The position numbers were made by a program, and so were the translations under genes. Below the pieces are notes generated by a model. That model did no database searches. It saw only the letters and a list, made by a program, of their open reading frames with translations, and had not been told where the DNA came from. DNA of 36,699 nucleotides from positions 1-36,699 of IMG/VR virus record IMGVR_UViG_3300027769_000069. One strand, written 5' to 3'. The stretch is from a virus. Taxonomy: Duplodnaviria; Caudoviricetes. Below, one piece after another: positions 18,252 through 27,758 of the stretch. Within the stretch, counting starts at the first letter, position 1; every line of letters begins with the position of its first letter.

Positions 18252-18414
18252 CAGGTTCTCCTTCTTGCTTAGGCGCAATGTTGTTAATGTTACTACGGAT
18301 GTTGAAGCTAATTGCATCTAGCTGACGATAAATATCAGCAAGATAATTAACAACAGCTTCAACTGGTACTGCCCGAACTTGTTCAGGCTGCACTGGTGTT
18401 TCTGTTTCACTCAT
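18232..18414 (-). CDS. hypothetical protein
   Basis: 60 aa from MSETE with GGAG RBS. Confidence 0.6.
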   Translation of the reverse strand: MSETETPVQPEQVRAVPVEAVVNYLADIYRQLDAISFNIRSNINNIAPKQEGEPDVNNQE

Positions 18415-19073
18415 TAGAATATCTCCAAATAGGGTTGATTGCCATCTATTACAATACCACAACTGATGATGGCTTTCTTCAGATGTGCTTTAGAATATTG
18501 GAATACAGGATTTGATTGATCAATTCCTGCGCCAACATTCATACCAAAATACATGGTATTAGGGCCTTTAATCCAGTTTATACTGGCAATGCTGTGGTGG
18601 TGGCCGCAGACTACAGACTGTAGCCTAGCCTTAGCAGCATTGAATGATGGATACATTCCGCCCCATCCATCACCATGTGTATACAGTACGCCGTCTACGT
18701 CTGTTTCCATAACCCAGTTCCACTTGGGTGTGTTATAGATATCAGAGAAAGACTTGAGGTACATACTGGGTATGCCATGCTTGTTTGATTTACGATGAAC
18801 TCTTGCATCGTGATTACCAATACAAACAGTAGCATTTGGGAATGCTTTGTACCACCAGTACACTTCCCTTAGTGCATCCTTGTACTCTTCAAGAGGACCC
18901 GGTAGGTCCGGGTTCTTGTCATGCATTGAGATTGCTTCATGGTCAATTATATCTCCAATGAATACGGTGTTATTAGTCTTGTACTTTTTCTGCATTGCTT
19001 TGCAGAATTCAAGATAATTAGGATGCACTGCTGGGCAGTGTAAGTCACCGATTACTAGTGTTCGCATTTCCAA
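18414..19073 (-). CDS. calcineurin-like metallophosphoesterase
   Basis: GDLH, GDIID, GNHD, HGD, GHHH. Confidence 0.9.
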   Translation of the reverse strand: MEMRTLVIGDLHCPAVHPNYLEFCKAMQKKYKTNNTVFIGDIIDHEAISMHDKNPDLPGPLEEYKDALREVYWWYKAFPNATVCIGNHDARVHRKSNKHGIPSMYLKSFSDIYNTPKWNWVMETDVDGVLYTHGDGWGGMYPSFNAAKARLQSVVCGHHHSIASINWIKGPNTMYFGMNVGAGIDQSNPVFQYSKAHLKKAIISCGIVIDGNQPYLEIF

Positions 19074-19278
19074 ATCTCCTTTTAGCGTCTTCCTTCCATT
19101 GAACTGCTAGAGGAGGAAGAGGCTCGCCCCCATCTTCTTGGGGGATAGGAGCGTATACATCAATCTCTCCTCTGAGGTGCATCTCTTGCCACTTATTAAG
19201 TGTAATGCTTCCTCTGTCTCGCAGCTCGACGGGCTTGCTCACGCCGTTTCTTTTCTTGTTTGGCTTTGTATTTGTCAT
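19045..19278 (-). CDS. hypothetical protein
   Basis: 77-aa ORF. Confidence 0.6.
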   Translation of the reverse strand: MTNTKPNKKRNGVSKPVELRDRGSITLNKWQEMHLRGEIDVYAPIPQEDGGEPLPPLAVQWKEDAKRRFGNANTSNR

Positions 19279-19298
19279 AATTAAAGTCTTTAGTATCT

Positions 19299-19631
19299 TT
19301 ACGTCTTATGTTCTTCTGTTCTGCCATCTTTTAAATCCGTAATCTCAACGATCATTCTCTTTGGGATTTTATTTACCTGAGCTGTTTCATCAGGACCAAT
19401 AGTATTTGTTACTGCAAAATGATCTTCATCTTCATGCAATACAAAACCAACAGTAACCATGATTGGTAATGGAGACTTGCTAAATGATTGAGCTTTGCTC
19501 TTATCTAGCCACTCCTCACCACCCATAGTTACAGCATCAATCCAGAAGATCATAACCAGTTGACAGACTTCTTGTAGATATGTTACATTCTTAGGCAAAG
19601 AAGTATTCAGATCCGAGTACTTCTGAGACAT
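19299..19631 (-). CDS. conserved phage hypothetical protein
   Basis: W.DA...W...TVGFV...IPK pattern; start uncertain (GGAG precedes ATG at 19631). Confidence 0.65.
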   Translation of the reverse strand: MSQKYSDLNTSLPKNVTYLQEVCQLVMIFWIDAVTMGGEEWLDKSKAQSFSKSPLPIMVTVGFVLHEDEDHFAVTNTIGPDETAQVNKIPKRMIVEITDLKDGRTEEHKT

Positions 19632-22032
19632 CAAATTCTCCGTCTGGTTCTGGGCAGTCTGGAAGGAAGATGCCGTATTTTTCTTCGACTTCTTTCTTGA
19701 GTTTTTCAAGTTGATTCTCCTTGTGAATCAGAACAAATTGCTCACGAAGTAATACATGCATATGATCAATATCAGTTGCATATGTTCCAAAGGAATCGTG
19801 AACCATTGAAAATGCATTCATGCCACAGTCTAACATCCTACCGATAGTCATGAACATATGAGCAGCATCTAGCGCATGGATAAAGTTTGGAGAAATAGCG
19901 AGATACTGTGCCTTACCATCAAGATCTTCCGTAACAGTCGCGAATACCAACTGTTGCCTGTTAAATAGTTCCGCATAGGAAACCCTTTCTAGAACTTGGT
20001 TGTAAACATGATGTACTTCAAACCCACTAGGAGTTGTCCATACAAAAGGTTTATTCATAGCGTTAAGTACTTCTGCTACTTCTCTTAGCCATTCCTTACC
20101 CTTGTTGGGTGATTCCATAGTCTCACCAAGACCAGCTTGAATAGCCCTGCTTAGTTCAACTACGGCACCACCCCTGGATTCCTTTGGAACCCAGTCCACA
20201 TGTCCTTCTTGCTTGACATATTTCTGCATACCATAGAACGTAAGACCATAAGCATCACACATAGTAGGACGCTTTGTTACAGATCTAGGAAGTTTATTAT
20301 CCCAATTAAGAAGGAACACCTGATACCAGTTGTTCTCTGGATGTTGCTTCATGTACTCAGTACTTGCATCTGCAACATGCTGATAGAGATCTTCTGGTTC
20401 ATTACTGTTAAGTAGATTGGTAAGTTTGGCAAGCTTACGATTCTTCATAATAGCAGACCAATGTTGGCCACCATTATTAGCACCATCCATTTGAATATTG
20501 AGCTGCGTCATTCCATCCTTCCGAGCAATTTCAAAGATTGCTGCAAGGCGTTGGAACGATTTGTTCTTCTTCTTTAATGGATCAATCCACTCTTTGTTTG
20601 AGTATGGATCTTCTGCAATACGCAGTAGCATTTCCATGTTGTCATCTACCCACTTAACTCTTTGGTTAAATGGTTTCTTATCTTGGTCAAATAGGTTTGC
20701 TAGGTGTACCTTAAGCCAGAACAAACCACGCTCAGTCTGCTTGCGAGGCATAGCAAACTGAATAAGACCACGATCAAAGTCTACTCCCTGTGGTGACAAC
20801 AATTCACATACAGAGTAGGCTCTGCCTCTAAAGTCTAGAGTATACGGCATATAAAAGAAGTTCCAATCAAGCATCTTCTTTGCTAGTTGTAGCCGTACAA
20901 TCATACGACTACGAGATTGTTCTTCCTTATACCATTCTCCCCAAGCTTCATTAGATTCTTGCATCCACTTAGCTTGCTCTTCCTTTGTCCCTCCCTCCGG
21001 GTAGGGCCTACTAAATGCATAATCTTTAAATGTATATGCAGGAAGGTTAGCTAGTTTATGATCGTTCTCAAACATAGTTTTCATAACATCATAGACTTGC
21101 TTGTTAATCTTCCATTCAGTATGGCTAAGAGCATTGAGGCCACGAAGAACTAATTCACTTGGCCTTGAGTCCCAATCCTTAGGGTCTGCACCAACAGGAT
21201 GGTATCTCTTGATCATCTTCTTTCTGATCCAGGGTGACAAGAAGCCACCATCTTCCTTATCAGTATGTTTAATAGGAGGACAAATCATAGGACGATAAAC
21301 AAGACATGCTGCTTCTAGCATTTCATGTCGCTTACTTAGTTCCTTGAGAATCCAAGGAGCAAAGCAAACCAATAGGGACTTACGATTCTTACCATTCCAA
21401 TGTACTCTACTAACTAGAATATCACTAGAGAGAGCAATACGAATCATGTTATGGCCAAGGTCTTCCTTTTCCTTAGACTTAAGCTTAGGAATAGTACCAA
21501 CTTTTTGAGTGAATGCTTTACATCTCTTGACTGTCCAGTTCTTAATGAACTTAGATTGCTTACGCCAGTCTTCAGAAAACTTCTTCTTTGCTTGTTGGTA
21601 TGATACAATGCTAACAACATCATCAGCAATTAGCTTTGCAACTTGCTGTGCTACTGGGGCATTACTAGGAATACCCATTGTATCATCAAAGCTTTGAATT
21701 GTATTGCGTGTTAAGAACAACCGCATTACATTTCTAATTGTAATGTCTGCCATCTTAGCAGCACCAACACATAGTAAAGGTGCTAACCAATCAGGCGACT
21801 TACGGTTATTACAGCATTCATCAATCCACTTCTGATAGAAAGGAGTAAGATGAATGACTGCACTTTCAAGAAGCATTTGCTCAGGCTTTCCTTCATCAAC
21901 CGCACGATTGTACTCCTTCCAATACTTTTCAATACCATTATCTAAAAGATCTTCTTCAAATAACTTCTGATTAGTTACTCTATATTCTCTTTGTTCTTGA
22001 GATAGTTGTTCCCAACAGGGTGTTAAGCTCAC
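19591..22032 (-). CDS. T7-like single-subunit RNA polymerase (canonical)
   Basis: PMICPP, DFRGRAY, motif A MDGANNGGQH, motif B RSVTKRPTMCDAYG, SPNFIHALDA, motif C VHDSFG. Confidence 0.97.
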   Translation of the reverse strand: MSLTPCWEQLSQEQREYRVTNQKLFEEDLLDNGIEKYWKEYNRAVDEGKPEQMLLESAVIHLTPFYQKWIDECCNNRKSPDWLAPLLCVGAAKMADITIRNVMRLFLTRNTIQSFDDTMGIPSNAPVAQQVAKLIADDVVSIVSYQQAKKKFSEDWRKQSKFIKNWTVKRCKAFTQKVGTIPKLKSKEKEDLGHNMIRIALSSDILVSRVHWNGKNRKSLLVCFAPWILKELSKRHEMLEAACLVYRPMICPPIKHTDKEDGGFLSPWIRKKMIKRYHPVGADPKDWDSRPSELVLRGLNALSHTEWKINKQVYDVMKTMFENDHKLANLPAYTFKDYAFSRPYPEGGTKEEQAKWMQESNEAWGEWYKEEQSRSRMIVRLQLAKKMLDWNFFYMPYTLDFRGRAYSVCELLSPQGVDFDRGLIQFAMPRKQTERGLFWLKVHLANLFDQDKKPFNQRVKWVDDNMEMLLRIAEDPYSNKEWIDPLKKKNKSFQRLAAIFEIARKDGMTQLNIQMDGANNGGQHWSAIMKNRKLAKLTNLLNSNEPEDLYQHVADASTEYMKQHPENNWYQVFLLNWDNKLPRSVTKRPTMCDAYGLTFYGMQKYVKQEGHVDWVPKESRGGAVVELSRAIQAGLGETMESPNKGKEWLREVAEVLNAMNKPFVWTTPSGFEVHHVYNQVLERVSYAELFNRQQLVFATVTEDLDGKAQYLAISPNFIHALDAAHMFMTIGRMLDCGMNAFSMVHDSFGTYATDIDHMHVLLREQFVLIHKENQLEKLKKEVEEKYGIFLPDCPEPDGEFDVSEVLGSEYFFA

Positions 22033-22190
22033 TCATCATCTCCTTCTTCTGTTGCGTGGTGTTCCCATTCAGTATCGTAAAGATCTCTTTCACAATGACC
22101 ACAAATTTGACCCGCATAGTATGGTGCACCATCTACATGTCCACACATTGTGCAATCCATTCTTGGATTATCATCTTCATCAATATTCAT
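22029..22190 (-). CDS. small acidic zinc-ribbon protein
   Basis: 53 aa read manually: CTMC...CGHC; GTGA-coupled to RNAP. Confidence 0.6.
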   Translation of the reverse strand: MNIDEDDNPRMDCTMCGHVDGAPYYAGQICGHCERDLYDTEWEHHATEEGDDE

Positions 22191-22200
22191 TGAGTTTATT

Positions 22201-22222
22201 TCCTTAGCTATATACTAGGTTA
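22201..22222 (-). promoter_or_regulatory. candidate phage promoter TAACCTAGTATATAGCTAAGG
   Basis: Intergenic; near-identical copy at 26496-26516; TATAG resembles T7-type initiation regions. Confidence 0.5.
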
Positions 22223-22933
22223 TCAAGCCGTATCAACAATTGAATTGCCCCACACTAGGTGCTTCCAAGATACACGCATACTATCTGGGATTAGATCATA
22301 CATAGCTTGTGCATATTCTTGGATTTCCTTTTGTGCATGAGGATCAGTACGCTGTAGATAAAACCTAGCACAACTAGATAGATTACCAGTCCAATACCAT
22401 TCAGTATAGACACCTTGAGGTAGCACAAACCGTGCCTGTTCAGGACAAATACCAGACTTAATCAAATAATTGTAGGCAACAATTGCATTTTCACAGGCAA
22501 GGCTGTAAACTTCATGTGCATTGTTAGCTACATCAGTATCAATCTGTGAGTTACTACCCTGCTTGATAGAACCATCAGGCTTTGAACGCCATGTTGGTTG
22601 CATGAGTTCAGGTTCAGAAGACACATAACGACGGCTGATTTCGTTCTCAACAAAACCAACCTTGTGCTTGAAGAACTGAGTGCGGATTGGAATCGGTGCT
22701 TTGATATGCCAAGTCAAACTAGTATGAGCAAAGGGAGTCCAGTGCTTATGTTCTGCAAGATACTTAATTAGTTTCTTATCTTGTGCACTAAGCTTACCAT
22801 CTACTAGTTGAGAACGCTTGCCAAAGGATACACGGGCAGCATTAACAACTGATATATCGGAACCCATGTGATCTACCAGTGTAATGAATCCACCATTACC
22901 AATACTAGTTGTATTATTTAATTGCATCTTCAA
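22223..22933 (-). CDS. thyX: FAD-dependent thymidylate synthase
   Basis: VNAARVSF, HWTPF, KHK...NEISRRY, PEQARFVLP, HAQKEI. Confidence 0.95.
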   Translation of the reverse strand: MKMQLNNTTSIGNGGFITLVDHMGSDISVVNAARVSFGKRSQLVDGKLSAQDKKLIKYLAEHKHWTPFAHTSLTWHIKAPIPIRTQFFKHKVGFVENEISRRYVSSEPELMQPTWRSKPDGSIKQGSNSQIDTDVANNAHEVYSLACENAIVAYNYLIKSGICPEQARFVLPQGVYTEWYWTGNLSSCARFYLQRTDPHAQKEIQEYAQAMYDLIPDSMRVSWKHLVWGNSIVDTA

Positions 22934-23378
22934 TCTTTAGTTTATATTTGCGTAGCATGTCTTCAGCATTGGTTGTTATGACAGGCATATCAAACAATCT
23001 GTTAAGAACAAGAGAACATTTATGAACACAATCATCACGCTTAGGTGGAAATATAAATCTAGTTACAGAACTAGGCCACCTAAGAAACTTTTTAAATGGT
23101 GTCATTGGTGGTAGGGTATTTACATACATTACAATGTTACATAACTTTTCATCTGTTTCACCTATGTACAATGTAGTTGCTGCATCAAGACCCTTGAACA
23201 ACATACCCTCACCCTTTAGACTAACCCATCTAGGAATTTCAAAGTCATCAAAGCAATGCATTACATTGTTATCAAACTGTAGGCTGCAATGATTCCACTT
23301 GGTAAAGAGACTCCAATACCATTGCGAGAACGGACTCAGGGAGTTGTGAAGATTGTATAATCTGAGGTAAACTTTCAA
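22914..23378 (-). CDS. hypothetical protein, possibly permuted papain-like
   Basis: WNHCSL near the N-terminus and DDCVHKC later (His before Cys order). Confidence 0.5.
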   Translation of the reverse strand: MKVYLRLYNLHNSLSPFSQWYWSLFTKWNHCSLQFDNNVMHCFDDFEIPRWVSLKGEGMLFKGLDAATTLYIGETDEKLCNIVMYVNTLPPMTPFKKFLRWPSSVTRFIFPPKRDDCVHKCSLVLNRLFDMPVITTNAEDMLRKYKLKIEDAIK

Positions 23379-23538
23379 GTGGTACCGCCTTTCTTATTTC
23401 TTTGTATGGAATTTGTGGCGCACCATCTACATAGTCAATGCACCTGATTGTAATATCGATAACGGATATAGTTAGCATAAATAAAAGGGAGCACCTCCAG
23501 TTAAGGAAGTACTCCCCGAAGTTAATCAAGCTTGATAA

Positions 23539-24471
23539 TCAAGAGTGTTGTAGTGCGTATTCCATTACGCGGATCTTTGCCTTAGCACGATCCCCGAACA
23601 GAATATCATCGAACTTGTTATCAGTCTTGTTGTTGCCACGATAAATCTGGTCGTGATCCAACCAGTTAGTCACAGCATTTGCCGCAGTCCAGAGGTTTGA
23701 TCCGGTAATACGGCTTTCTGAATCAAAAGTATTAGACCACTTGATCATGGTGCTAACAGCCTTTGAGTTGTCATCAGCTTGGTCAGCGTTGACTGGGTTC
23801 TCATGGATGTTACCGAACTGACTGATGTAAACATTAGTCCAGAAGGTCTGAACAAAGTCAGTAGTAACTTCCCGTTGTGCCATAAGGTTAGCTTGCTTAG
23901 CAAACTGTTCCGTCCGAACACGGAAGAATTCAATACCATCAATCAAAGAACTAATACGACTCTGGATATTTCCAGTATGCTTGATGGTTACCGACATCTT
24001 GCTGCTGCGGAGAGCCGCATTAAGCGTGTTCTCACAGATGACGCGCACAGTGGTAGGCAGGACACTCAGGGTATGCTTACCATTATGAGCATTGGTTAGC
24101 AGGGTATAGGGTCGAACCTCATCGTCGCGGTTACCAACATTGAAGCTGTCACCACGCATGAGGAACCAGATACGTTCGCCAGCGTAGAGATTACCTACGG
24201 TTTCAATGCGAACATTCTTACCATTAATAGCCTCTGCCATAGCAGCGACTTCAGAGTTCTGGATAACTCGGTAACCAGAACCAACAATACCAAGCACACG
24301 ACCAGTATCCTGGCGCACGTTGGCATAGTACTGTCCATCAGCTTTGATCTCAGCTTCATGCTGATAAAGCACAGGCTGAGTAGTAACAGTCCAATCAAGG
24401 TTAGCATGAGCAATGGCCTCGGCCATGCTCATTCCATCTACATTACGACCGGCAGTTGTAAATATTGACAA
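23539..24471 (-). CDS. DUF932/DUF945-family protein
   Basis: LDWTV, LGIVGSGYRVIQN, NAHNG, VRVICENTL, LWTAANAVT; TTG start with GAAAGGA RBS. Confidence 0.85.
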   Translation of the reverse strand: MSIFTTAGRNVDGMSMAEAIAHANLDWTVTTQPVLYQHEAEIKADGQYYANVRQDTGRVLGIVGSGYRVIQNSEVAAMAEAINGKNVRIETVGNLYAGERIWFLMRGDSFNVGNRDDEVRPYTLLTNAHNGKHTLSVLPTTVRVICENTLNAALRSSKMSVTIKHTGNIQSRISSLIDGIEFFRVRTEQFAKQANLMAQREVTTDFVQTFWTNVYISQFGNIHENPVNADQADDNSKAVSTMIKWSNTFDSESRITGSNLWTAANAVTNWLDHDQIYRGNNKTDNKFDDILFGDRAKAKIRVMEYALQHS

Positions 24472-24669
24472 TCTTATTCCTTTCAATAAATGTTGCGAGT
24501 GGGATCCACTCACTTGAGGCGTCCAAAACCCACCCATCAAAGGTGTAGTCTAGGATAATTCCAGCATTAAGAAGCTTGATTACCAGTAATTCCGAAGAGG
24601 TATTCAGACCACTTGATGTTTGGGTCTGACTCGATCTCGTTTGGTTCGTCATACTCATAGTAAAATTCT

Positions 24670-24867
24670 TCAGTCGGATCCGGCTCGGGATCTGGGGTTG
24701 CTGCGGCGATTGAGTTCATATTCAATACAGTCTACTTCAATTTGATATGCAGGGTGAACATCCCTACCGGAGTTAATAAGATTAAGGAAGTAATCCCTAG
24801 CCTTAATTAACTCATCGGTAGTTAGAGTGTCAAATGATGGGCGATCTTTGATCTCACTCTGGTTCAT
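24670..24867 (-). CDS. hypothetical early protein
   Basis: ORF from MNQSE. Confidence 0.5.
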   Translation of the reverse strand: MNQSEIKDRPSFDTLTTDELIKARDYFLNLINSGRDVHPAYQIEVDCIEYELNRRSNPRSRAGSD

Positions 24868-25141
24868 GGCAATAAGGATCAGGAAGCATATCAAGTTCAT
24901 AAACGTAGTTGATAAACTCCTTAAGCTTACCCAATTGATCTTGAGTAAGAACTAGCATTGGCCTGTTTTCCATAAAGATAGGTCCGAAAGCAATGTAAAC
25001 ATTGCGCGGCGAGTAACTAATCTTATCAGTACTAGCTTCCTTTGAGAAGCCAAAGGTGACCTGATTAGTTTCTTCAAGACCCCTAAGGATTAGGTGTGCT
25101 GAGTTGGTTGTATTAAACTTGTATTGCTTGTTATTAAACAT
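24854..25141 (-). CDS. hypothetical early protein
   Basis: ORF from MFNNK overlapping the upstream stop. Confidence 0.55.
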   Translation of the reverse strand: MFNNKQYKFNTTNSAHLILRGLEETNQVTFGFSKEASTDKISYSPRNVYIAFGPIFMENRPMLVLTQDQLGKLKEFINYVYELDMLPDPYCHEPE

Positions 25142-25565
25142 TTGATTCTTCTTCAAACTGACCAAACGAAACATATTCTTGCATGTCGGGACCACCCCAA
25201 CATTCTGGAATCTGCTCAGAGATTACCTTGCTAAGTCTTTCTACCATTTCTGAATCAGAAAGACCCTTGTAATCAATAACCCTTACACCAATTTCTCCAA
25301 GACCATTAACCCAGTCGCGCCAGTTGGTTTCCGTAACAGCGGTAAGGCCGAAACCAACTTCGGCCAGCATCTTAGCATTAGTAGTAGGCTTAGAATTCTG
25401 GTCAAGCCATACACTCATTTCAATAAACTTTTCCTTGCAATCACCGATAAGATGATTGATCTTATCCAATCGGTTCTGCCGCTTACGTTCAATTAGTTCT
25501 TTGTTAATCATTGTAGTTTGCATCCACTTCCATAATCTCTTTTGAAATCTTTTGCAGTTGTTCAT
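25134..25565 (-). CDS. hypothetical early protein
   Basis: 143-aa ORF, start uncertain. Confidence 0.6.
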   Translation of the reverse strand: MNNCKRFQKRLWKWMQTTMINKELIERKRQNRLDKINHLIGDCKEKFIEMSVWLDQNSKPTTNAKMLAEVGFGLTAVTETNWRDWVNGLGEIGVRVIDYKGLSDSEMVERLSKVISEQIPECWGGPDMQEYVSFGQFEEESNV

Positions 25566-25652
25566 AAACGTGAGTCATATCACCCACAGTTTCATTACGT
25601 TCTTCGATAAGAATCATAAGATGATTAAATGTTTTGAAAATCTTTTCCATAG

Positions 25653-26024
25653 TTACCACCATCCAACAACAACACCGTTGTTCTTAGCTACAGTTTGGAA
25701 CCATGCTGCTAGTTCATGGGCAATAACCTGATCAACACCATAGATATTTCTAGATTCAAATCCAGGTTCTGAGTTGAATCCACTAAGGGCAAACTTAGTT
25801 AGGTTTTCTGCCATCTTAACAACAATATCTTCACCAATTACCTGTTGATACAACGATTGTCCAGTAACATACTCGACATAATCATTGTAGATCTTACCAC
25901 GAAACGAGCTCTGGTCCATACTAAAGGCACCAGAAACAAGGTAATTCTTAAGAAATAAACTATCAGGCAGTAGTTCTATCTTGTCTTCCCCTAACCGTTT
26001 ACCAGCATACGTATCAAGTCCCAT
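25653..26024 (-). CDS. conserved phage early protein (MGLD...FRGK.Y...WW)
   Basis: 123 aa with MGLD start and WW end, a common phage pattern. Confidence 0.75.
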   Translation of the reverse strand: MGLDTYAGKRLGEDKIELLPDSLFLKNYLVSGAFSMDQSSFRGKIYNDYVEYVTGQSLYQQVIGEDIVVKMAENLTKFALSGFNSEPGFESRNIYGVDQVIAHELAAWFQTVAKNNGVVVGWW

Positions 26025-26424
26025 TTAATTTCCTAAAGTAAAGTTCACATTGATCTTGAAATGGTTTCTCATTAACAGCAAATTCCATTCCGTAGTTAGT
26101 ACGGAACATGCTTGGGCTAAGCCAGTTCATGTTCTTTAGTTCGATTCTAAACCCCTCTTCCAAGGGTTGCCACACTTCATCTTGGTTTTCCTTAGCTTTA
26201 TAATCAAATGGAGTGTGGGCATTGTCATGGTATGACCAAAAAGCATCGCACCCAGAGCAAGATCCATAGTGGTACCAAATAACACCGTACCCAGCATCAG
26301 ACTTAAGGAGATACATAGTAACACCTTGATAATCTCCCTCACTGTGGGTTAACACAACAGTAGCCTGAAATTCAGATGCTACATTGGCAACAACTTCAGA
26401 AATATTGTTATACTTAATTTTCAT
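26014..26424 (-). CDS. hypothetical protein (GDYQG...YGSCSGCD)
   Basis: 136 aa with AGGAG RBS. Confidence 0.75.
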   Translation of the reverse strand: MKIKYNNISEVVANVASEFQATVVLTHSEGDYQGVTMYLLKSDAGYGVIWYHYGSCSGCDAFWSYHDNAHTPFDYKAKENQDEVWQPLEEGFRIELKNMNWLSPSMFRTNYGMEFAVNEKPFQDQCELYFRKLNGT

Positions 26425-26495
26425 GTTGATATATAACTCCTAGGTTTACCTAGGTAATATTAATACTATAGTAATAATAAATACCTAGGTTTAAG

Positions 26496-26516
26496 CCCTA
26501 GCTACATACTAGGTTA
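26496..26516 (-). promoter_or_regulatory. candidate phage promoter TAACCTAGTATGTAGCTAGGG
   Basis: 19/21 match to 22202-22222; directly after a terminator and ahead of the early gene block. Confidence 0.5.
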
Positions 26517-26520
26517 CGGG

Positions 26521-26563
26521 GAAAATAAAGGGCTACCTAGTATTACCTAGGTAGCCCTTTATT
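26521..26563 (-). terminator. intrinsic terminator-like hairpin
   Basis: 17-bp perfect inverted repeat aataaagggctacctag/ctaggtagccctttatt. Confidence 0.75.
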
Positions 26564-26576
26564 ACTTTGCACATCT

Positions 26577-26858
26577 TTAGAAGGGGAGTGGCGACGAAAC
26601 TTCAGTCACCGTAACGGTAACACCCTCGATGAGAGGGGGACGATCCAGCTTGGGGCTGGGGCGAGAGATCTTACCCTTGAGGGCAGGAGCCTTGGGATGC
26701 ATGGCATCCGTGTTGTTCCACACGCTCACTGGCAACTTCACGGTTTCGTCACCGATAACAACAGTGACATAACCATTGAACCGGGGAGACTTAGGATTAT
26801 CGGAGTTGACATTCCACAAGTCGATACGGCAGGACGAAACAACCAATTCATTCACCAT
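26577..26858 (-). CDS. putative small nucleic-acid-binding protein ending in LPF
   Basis: NPKSPRFNG...VSVW...PALKG pattern; SSB-like C-terminal PF. Confidence 0.6.
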   Translation of the reverse strand: MVNELVVSSCRIDLWNVNSDNPKSPRFNGYVTVVIGDETVKLPVSVWNNTDAMHPKAPALKGKISRPSPKLDRPPLIEGVTVTVTEVSSPLPF

Positions 26859-26972
26859 CTTGTTCACTTTCTTCAAAGGATTCTTCGGGAGACAGTCCAT
26901 ACTCGGACATCAGCTGCTCCCACTCGCTGATACCCTTCCAATTTGATTCTTGATCTATCATTGTTTTCCCTG

Positions 26973-27008
26973 GCAAAAAAGACAACCTAAGGGTTAGCCT
27001 AGGTTGTC
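26973..27008 (-). terminator. intrinsic terminator
   Basis: Minus strand GACAACCTAGG-ctaacc-CTTAGGTTGTC followed by TTTTTT. Confidence 0.8.
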
Positions 27009-27009
27009 C

Positions 27010-27758
27010 CATGTAGGTCTTTATATTATCTCTTACCAGAGTAGATATAGACCTTAGACTATCTACTCTTGGTTATCCAATAACCGATGAAACGGTACAC
27101 ATTAGGGGTGTTTCATGTCCCTAACTGACTTCCGGCTTGAATTGAGTCCCCCATGTAGATCCGTCAACCTACACAGGACGCACTATGCTTATTCTTCTAT
27201 TTAACCTCGCATAGTCGAGGTATCCCTAAAGCCGTGTTACCACCCTAGGATAAACGGGTGACACTTGCCTGCCTAAAGGCCGGTATAATAACCACAATGG
27301 TAGGCTTACCCATTGCTACACCCTTGCGGGGCGTTTATTACCTAGGTTTGCAGCTTAAGTAATATCCTTTTGGATTCTTCAGGTGTACACCCTTCATCCC
27401 TTTAAGTCTGAAAGATACCCCACAGGTTTCCCCGTGGGATACCAGCTAGACTCGGTTCTAGCACGGGTGGAAACTACCACCTATATCTTCATCTTGTTTA
27501 TACTTGTGTGGAAGCGCACAAGTAGAGATCTCTGCCGATTTAATGGGCATTACCCCGGGCCGTGGCTTGGCTGGGATTTTAACTGTGTTTTAAGCCACAG
27601 TCAACCACTATTTTGTTGTCCACAATTTATTAATCCCCTATGGACGGTTGCTTGGGATACCCTTGTTGGCTTAATCCAATGTTCCCCGGGTCGAGGTCTA
27701 GAAATCGCCACCCGTAGGTTACCCCAGGGGTGGGAGGATGTAACCGTGGCTGGGTTAC
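27010..27758 (-). ncRNA. candidate large structured ncRNA made of tandem hairpins and pseudoknots
   Basis: No credible ORF; more than 12 hairpins; three GNRA loops and G-U pairs favouring the minus strand; at least 5 loop-to-downstream pairings; terminator at the 3' end. Confidence 0.65.

Noticed and set aside
27010-27758. tmRNA or group I/II intron identity for the structured region
   Set aside because: No tRNA-Ala-like acceptor/T-arm ends, no interrupted gene, and no recognisable catalytic core by eye; an Rfam scan is still needed
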